A stretch of DNA of 38,450 bases, taken from the IMG/VR virus record IMGVR_UViG_2778261515_000019, positions 1-38,450 of that record; one strand, written 5' to 3'. Under the pieces are notes generated by a model, which was given only the letters and a program-made list of their open reading frames with translations, ran no database searches and had not been told where the DNA came from. Of this stretch, positions 35,396 through 38,450 are shown piece after piece (the first letter of the stretch is position 1; every line of letters starts with the position of its first letter). This DNA comes from a virus (lineage: Duplodnaviria > Heunggongvirae > Uroviricota > Caudoviricetes). The position numbers and the translations under genes are program-made.

Positions 35396-37075
35396 TTAAA
35401 TTCCAAATTCCTGTAATGGACCTGGTATTTCCTCTTCTGGTTTCCAGTTCTTATCTGTCAGCATGTCTAAACATGGATGCAGAACAAGCCCGTTACTCTC
35501 CAGAATCTGCCTATCATTGATAGTCTTCAAATCAACGAAGATCCGGCCTTTCCTCGGTCCTCTTGAATTTTCTATTACAACTCTCTGGGTCTTGCCATCG
35601 ATGTATTCCAGTACAAACAAGTTTTTGTACTTGTCAATCCTGCTACACCCGATCCGTTTTAGAGCTTGCTTAATCTTAAACCGGACCTTAATGCGATCCT
35701 CATTATAAACATCTTCTAAATCAAATTCTGCGAGCTTCTCCCAGCCTTGAGAGTCCACAGAATACATTTCCTCTTCTGCCATCTTAATCTGATTGTAGAG
35801 TGTTTCACGCTCGCTATTGAGGGTAGTAATCTGGTCGGCTAACTCCTTCGTTGCTCCTGTCATAGCAGAAAGGGTAATCAGGTTATCAATCTTGCGTGAT
35901 ATTTCATCAATCTGTACTTTCAAAGCCGGAACCGGATTAGCCTTATCCTCAGCAATCCAGATTTTATCAGCCAGCAATTGCAATACAGCTTTCTCTAATT
36001 GATCACCTCGAAAACTCCAGTTTGTATGCACACATGCAATACGACTAGAGCGCATTGCATCGCATGAATAACGATATTGGTTAGGACGTTTGTTAGTTCC
36101 TTTCACCTTAACCATAGCGGAACCGCAATGTTCACATTTCAATAGACCAACACCACTAAGCAAGGGAATAGGTTTAACTTCTTCCTTGTCTCCATAGTTA
36201 CATGCTCTAACACCAATGCTTTTCTTAAGGTGATAAAACTCAGCGTCATCTAGCACACGAGGATAATAATCCTTTAACTCATACTTAACGCCATCTACAG
36301 AGATTTCCTTGATACCAATCAAAGCGCGGGTATGGAACAACCTTTCAATCATTGCCCGTGACCAGTTTGAATGCCTCTTGTGACTTGCGGCTGGTGGTGG
36401 TGTATATGTCGCGTTAAGGTGATCCAGTATTTCGGCGGTAGACCGTCCATTCCTGCGTAATTCCACAACCTCCTGAACAATAGGGAAGAAGACCGGATCG
36501 GGACACACATAACCGGAAGTGGTATCAGTCCACCACATATTCTTTCCAATTTCCTCGATTGCAACAGCCGGATTTTGTGGATTTTCTTGATGAGCTTTAA
36601 TCTTAATCAATGCGCTTGAGTTAGTACGATTGCGCTTAGTCTGACTTTCCTCGTTAGCTCTCGCAAACAACATGACACTCAACAGCAAATCAATAGGATT
36701 GGCATTAACCGATTCCTTGCTATAGACCTTACCATCCATGCCAGTTACGATAGTTATTCCCCTACGGATAATCGAGAGAAATAGCTCTTGTGCTTCAATG
36801 ATGGATTGGCGAGAGATACGGTCCAAGTTTTCCACAACCAGCCAGCTACCAACCGGAACAGATCGACCAATCTCATCCAGAAAGCGAGATAGTGCACCTG
36901 TTCTACTGTTAGCCCCTTTGAATGCAGATACACCAAAATCCTGATAGCTTGTAACTAGCTCAAGATCATATTTTGCGGCTATCTCTGCGGCTGTTCTCTT
37001 CTGGCGTTCATAAGAACTACCATCCGCTTGCTTCATAGACGAGAAGCGAATATACGAATACAGTTTAGTTTTCAT
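35396..37075 (-). CDS. Large serine recombinase (resolvase/integrase family)
   Basis: N-terminal catalytic motif YSYIRFSSMKQ...ERQ; central recombinase domain; zinc-ribbon Cys cluster CEHCGS...SCD...CVH; C-terminal coiled coil; ATG at 37075 (track ORF starts at TTG 37090). Confidence 0.8.
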   Translation of the reverse strand: MKTKLYSYIRFSSMKQADGSSYERQKRTAAEIAAKYDLELVTSYQDFGVSAFKGANSRTGALSRFLDEIGRSVPVGSWLVVENLDRISRQSIIEAQELFLSIIRRGITIVTGMDGKVYSKESVNANPIDLLLSVMLFARANEESQTKRNRTNSSALIKIKAHQENPQNPAVAIEEIGKNMWWTDTTSGYVCPDPVFFPIVQEVVELRRNGRSTAEILDHLNATYTPPPAASHKRHSNWSRAMIERLFHTRALIGIKEISVDGVKYELKDYYPRVLDDAEFYHLKKSIGVRACNYGDKEEVKPIPLLSGVGLLKCEHCGSAMVKVKGTNKRPNQYRYSCDAMRSSRIACVHTNWSFRGDQLEKAVLQLLADKIWIAEDKANPVPALKVQIDEISRKIDNLITLSAMTGATKELADQITTLNSERETLYNQIKMAEEEMYSVDSQGWEKLAEFDLEDVYNEDRIKVRFKIKQALKRIGCSRIDKYKNLFVLEYIDGKTQRVVIENSRGPRKGRIFVDLKTINDRQILESNGLVLHPCLDMLTDKNWKPEEEIPGPLQEFGI

Positions 37076-37086
37076 ACCATTTCCAA

Positions 37087-37124
37087 ACAAAAACGCCCCT
37101 ACCGCGTATTATAACGATAGGGGC
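37087..37124 (-). terminator. Terminator between gene 37141..37386 and recombinase gene
   Basis: 10-bp stem GCCCCTACCG/CGATAGGGGC (one wobble in RNA sense) then U-run in minus sense. Confidence 0.5.
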
Positions 37125-37140
37125 ATTGGTTAGTAAGTCA

Positions 37141-37386
37141 TTAATATTTCTTTCCAGTTAGTTTTGCATCACGTTTATTAATATCCTCGATATGACTCCA
37201 TACACACGCAGTAATAAAGTCGTCATCGTCACCAACTCCGGCAACCTGTGCTAATTCAGTACACAGTTGATTTAAAGAAGGTGCAACGGCAGCACGCTTG
37301 ACACTATCACCCTGTACATATTGATCCGCATTAGCAGCACCAACCAAACCCAGAGCAAGAACGATACCAGCGATAATCTTTTTCAT
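37141..37386 (-). CDS. Small secreted protein (signal peptide, 81 aa)
   Basis: MKKIIAGIVLALGLVGAANA signal peptide with AxA cleavage motif; RBS GAGGA. Confidence 0.5.
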   Translation of the reverse strand: MKKIIAGIVLALGLVGAANADQYVQGDSVKRAAVAPSLNQLCTELAQVAGVGDDDDFITACVWSHIEDINKRDAKLTGKKY

Positions 37387-37415
37387 AATAGAATCCTCTT
37401 TGTTATTTGAATTAA

Positions 37416-37730
37416 TTAGTCTTTGAAGTCGATGGTCACGTTACCTTTAAGGGCAAGTTCCATTAAACAACTGCGCTCATCCTTCATGCTCTTACACAAT
37501 TTCATCCCGTAAACAACGAGATTATCTTTCTCTTTCCAATATTTTTGTTTATCTGCATAAACCTCGCTATATTCACTGTCTTTGAGTGAGAGAGCATTTT
37601 CTAACTGGCTAATCTCCTGATTCAGATCCTTAATCTCGGCCTTATTTGACCGGATAGTCTCTTGATGTTGAGTATCGGAATAGTCATACCCACAAACAAA
37701 TCCACCGATGCCACCAACACACAGAAACAA
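37416..37730 (-). CDS. Coiled-coil protein; a signal-peptide/TM-like N-terminus (MKKTIYAIIVSVC) lies 1 nt out of frame upstream (ATG at 37755)
   Basis: Track ORF starts at TTG; upstream ATG with RBS GAGGATTCAATTATG encodes 13 signal-like residues then shifts frame inside a GTGTGT tract. Confidence 0.4.
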   Translation of the reverse strand: MFLCVGGIGGFVCGYDYSDTQHQETIRSNKAEIKDLNQEISQLENALSLKDSEYSEVYADKQKYWKEKDNLVVYGMKLCKSMKDERSCLMELALKGNVTIDFKD

Positions 37731-37777
37731 TAATTGCGTAGATAGTCTTTTTCATAATTGAATCCTCTTTGAATGAA

Positions 37778-37921
37778 TTACGATATATTTATATCATTAA
37801 AAATTGATGCTAATTACCAGACCAAACACAACCGCACCAATCAAATCAATCCAGTTAATACACAATCCGCTATATTCTTTCTTGAATGTCTTAGATGAAA
37901 TGCCATCATGAAATTGTTTCA
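37778..37921 (-). CDS. Candidate small membrane peptide (47 aa)
   Basis: Hand-translated MKQFHDGISSKTFKKEYSGLCINWIDLIGAVVFGLVISINFNDINIS; purine-rich stretch before ATG; below ORF-track length cutoff. Confidence 0.25.
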
Positions 37922-38022
37922 TTGCTCACCCCATACTAACGACAATATAAGAAAGGCTGATCATAGTTGTGAGACTACCTCCCACGAATGAGATAAAAGC
38001 TAACATGTTTGATTCTCCAGTT

Positions 38023-38048
38023 TAAAAAGCGGTGGGAATTGCACCCAC
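38023..38048 (-). terminator. Terminator for gene 38064..38450
   Basis: GGTGGG-AATTGCA-CCCACC with A-run on plus side. Confidence 0.5.
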
Positions 38049-38063
38049 CAAATTAGAAATTAA

Positions 38064-38450
38064 TTAAGCGCGAACGATGGTCAGAGTATCCAGCAAACCT
38101 TTTTCGTATAATTCGAAACACGTTTTATATTGCTCAATCTGGAAACCATAGCGGGTGATCTTATTCAGTAGAATAATCGCGCTATTCTCATCTAGGTATT
38201 GTCCTTGCTGTCCAATGACATAAGTCTCGCGGGATAGTCTCAGCTTACGGAAACCTTTAACACCTAATTCCTTAGCCACCGCTTTAATCTCTTTAATCTC
38301 ACCCTCAGCAGCTACATATTCAGCGTCGATAATCTCAGGTGATGATCTCAGTGCTACCAGAACTAAGGCCATTGCTTCTTCTTCGGTACGAGCAACACCA
38401 GCTTTCTCGAAAGTCATCTCGCCAAATTTACGAATCATGATATTGAACAT
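38064..38450 (-). CDS. Hypothetical protein, 3' portion (gene start lies beyond the window edge)
   Basis: ORF open to the window boundary; no family recognised. Confidence 0.5.
   Translation of the reverse strand: MFNIMIRKFGEMTFEKAGVARTEEEAMALVLVALRSSPEIIDAEYVAAEGEIKEIKAVAKELGVKGFRKLRLSRETYVIGQQGQYLDENSAIILLNKITRYGFQIEQYKTCFELYEKGLLDTLTIVRA

Noticed and set aside
35463-36944. Several short ORFs on both strands
   Set aside because: All embedded within the serine recombinase gene
1-38450. Genome-wide reassignment of TGA as a sense codon
   Set aside because: Gene 6667..7518 ends in tandem TGATAA, gene 4203..4385 ends in TGA with another stop 3 codons later, and most genes end in TAA; TGA behaves as a stop, so any readthrough would be local and partial
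1-38450. CRISPR array
   Set aside because: No regularly spaced direct repeats of 20-50 bp with unique spacers; the only repeat array is the irregular TCCCC(G) iteron cluster

Overview
The window appears to be a mosaic tailed-phage (siphovirus-type) genome or prophage, joined at its left edge to a 3'-truncated hicB-like antitoxin gene (1..351). All calls rest on reading the sequence and recalled protein-family signatures; no database search was run, and hand-derived coordinates of small motifs may be off by a few bp. Layout: a Nu1-like small-terminase candidate (837..1394); a ~7 kb accessory/regulatory block (1491..8464) containing a minus-strand three-gene operon of unknown function fronted by SOS-box-like palindromes, a helically phased CCCCG iteron array, and several small HTH proteins; then a long plus-strand morphogenesis operon (8550..29855): GpA-family large terminase, portal, a protease-scaffold-major capsid fusion, connector proteins, a 1204-aa tail fiber with C-terminal chaperone-like domain, tail tube protein, G/GT chaperones with a -1 frameshift, tape measure, and lambda-like M/L/K/I-J tail-tip genes. 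This is followed by lysis-like genes with an M15 peptidase (29961..31863). On the minus strand lie a UvsW-like helicase, a 1724-bp IS1595-family element carrying an lnu(C)-like lincosamide-resistance gene (intact 8-bp target duplication), a large serine recombinase insulated by terminators, and small secreted/membrane proteins. The most unusual signals are (i) a duplicated module after both the capsid and tail-tube genes in which the TGA stop is followed in-frame by a conserved short extension and a near-identical terminator, suggesting programmed readthrough, (ii) the SOS-box-fronted unknown operon sitting between terS and terL, and (iii) the resistance transposon inside the phage genome. No rRNA, tRNA or CRISPR array was found.
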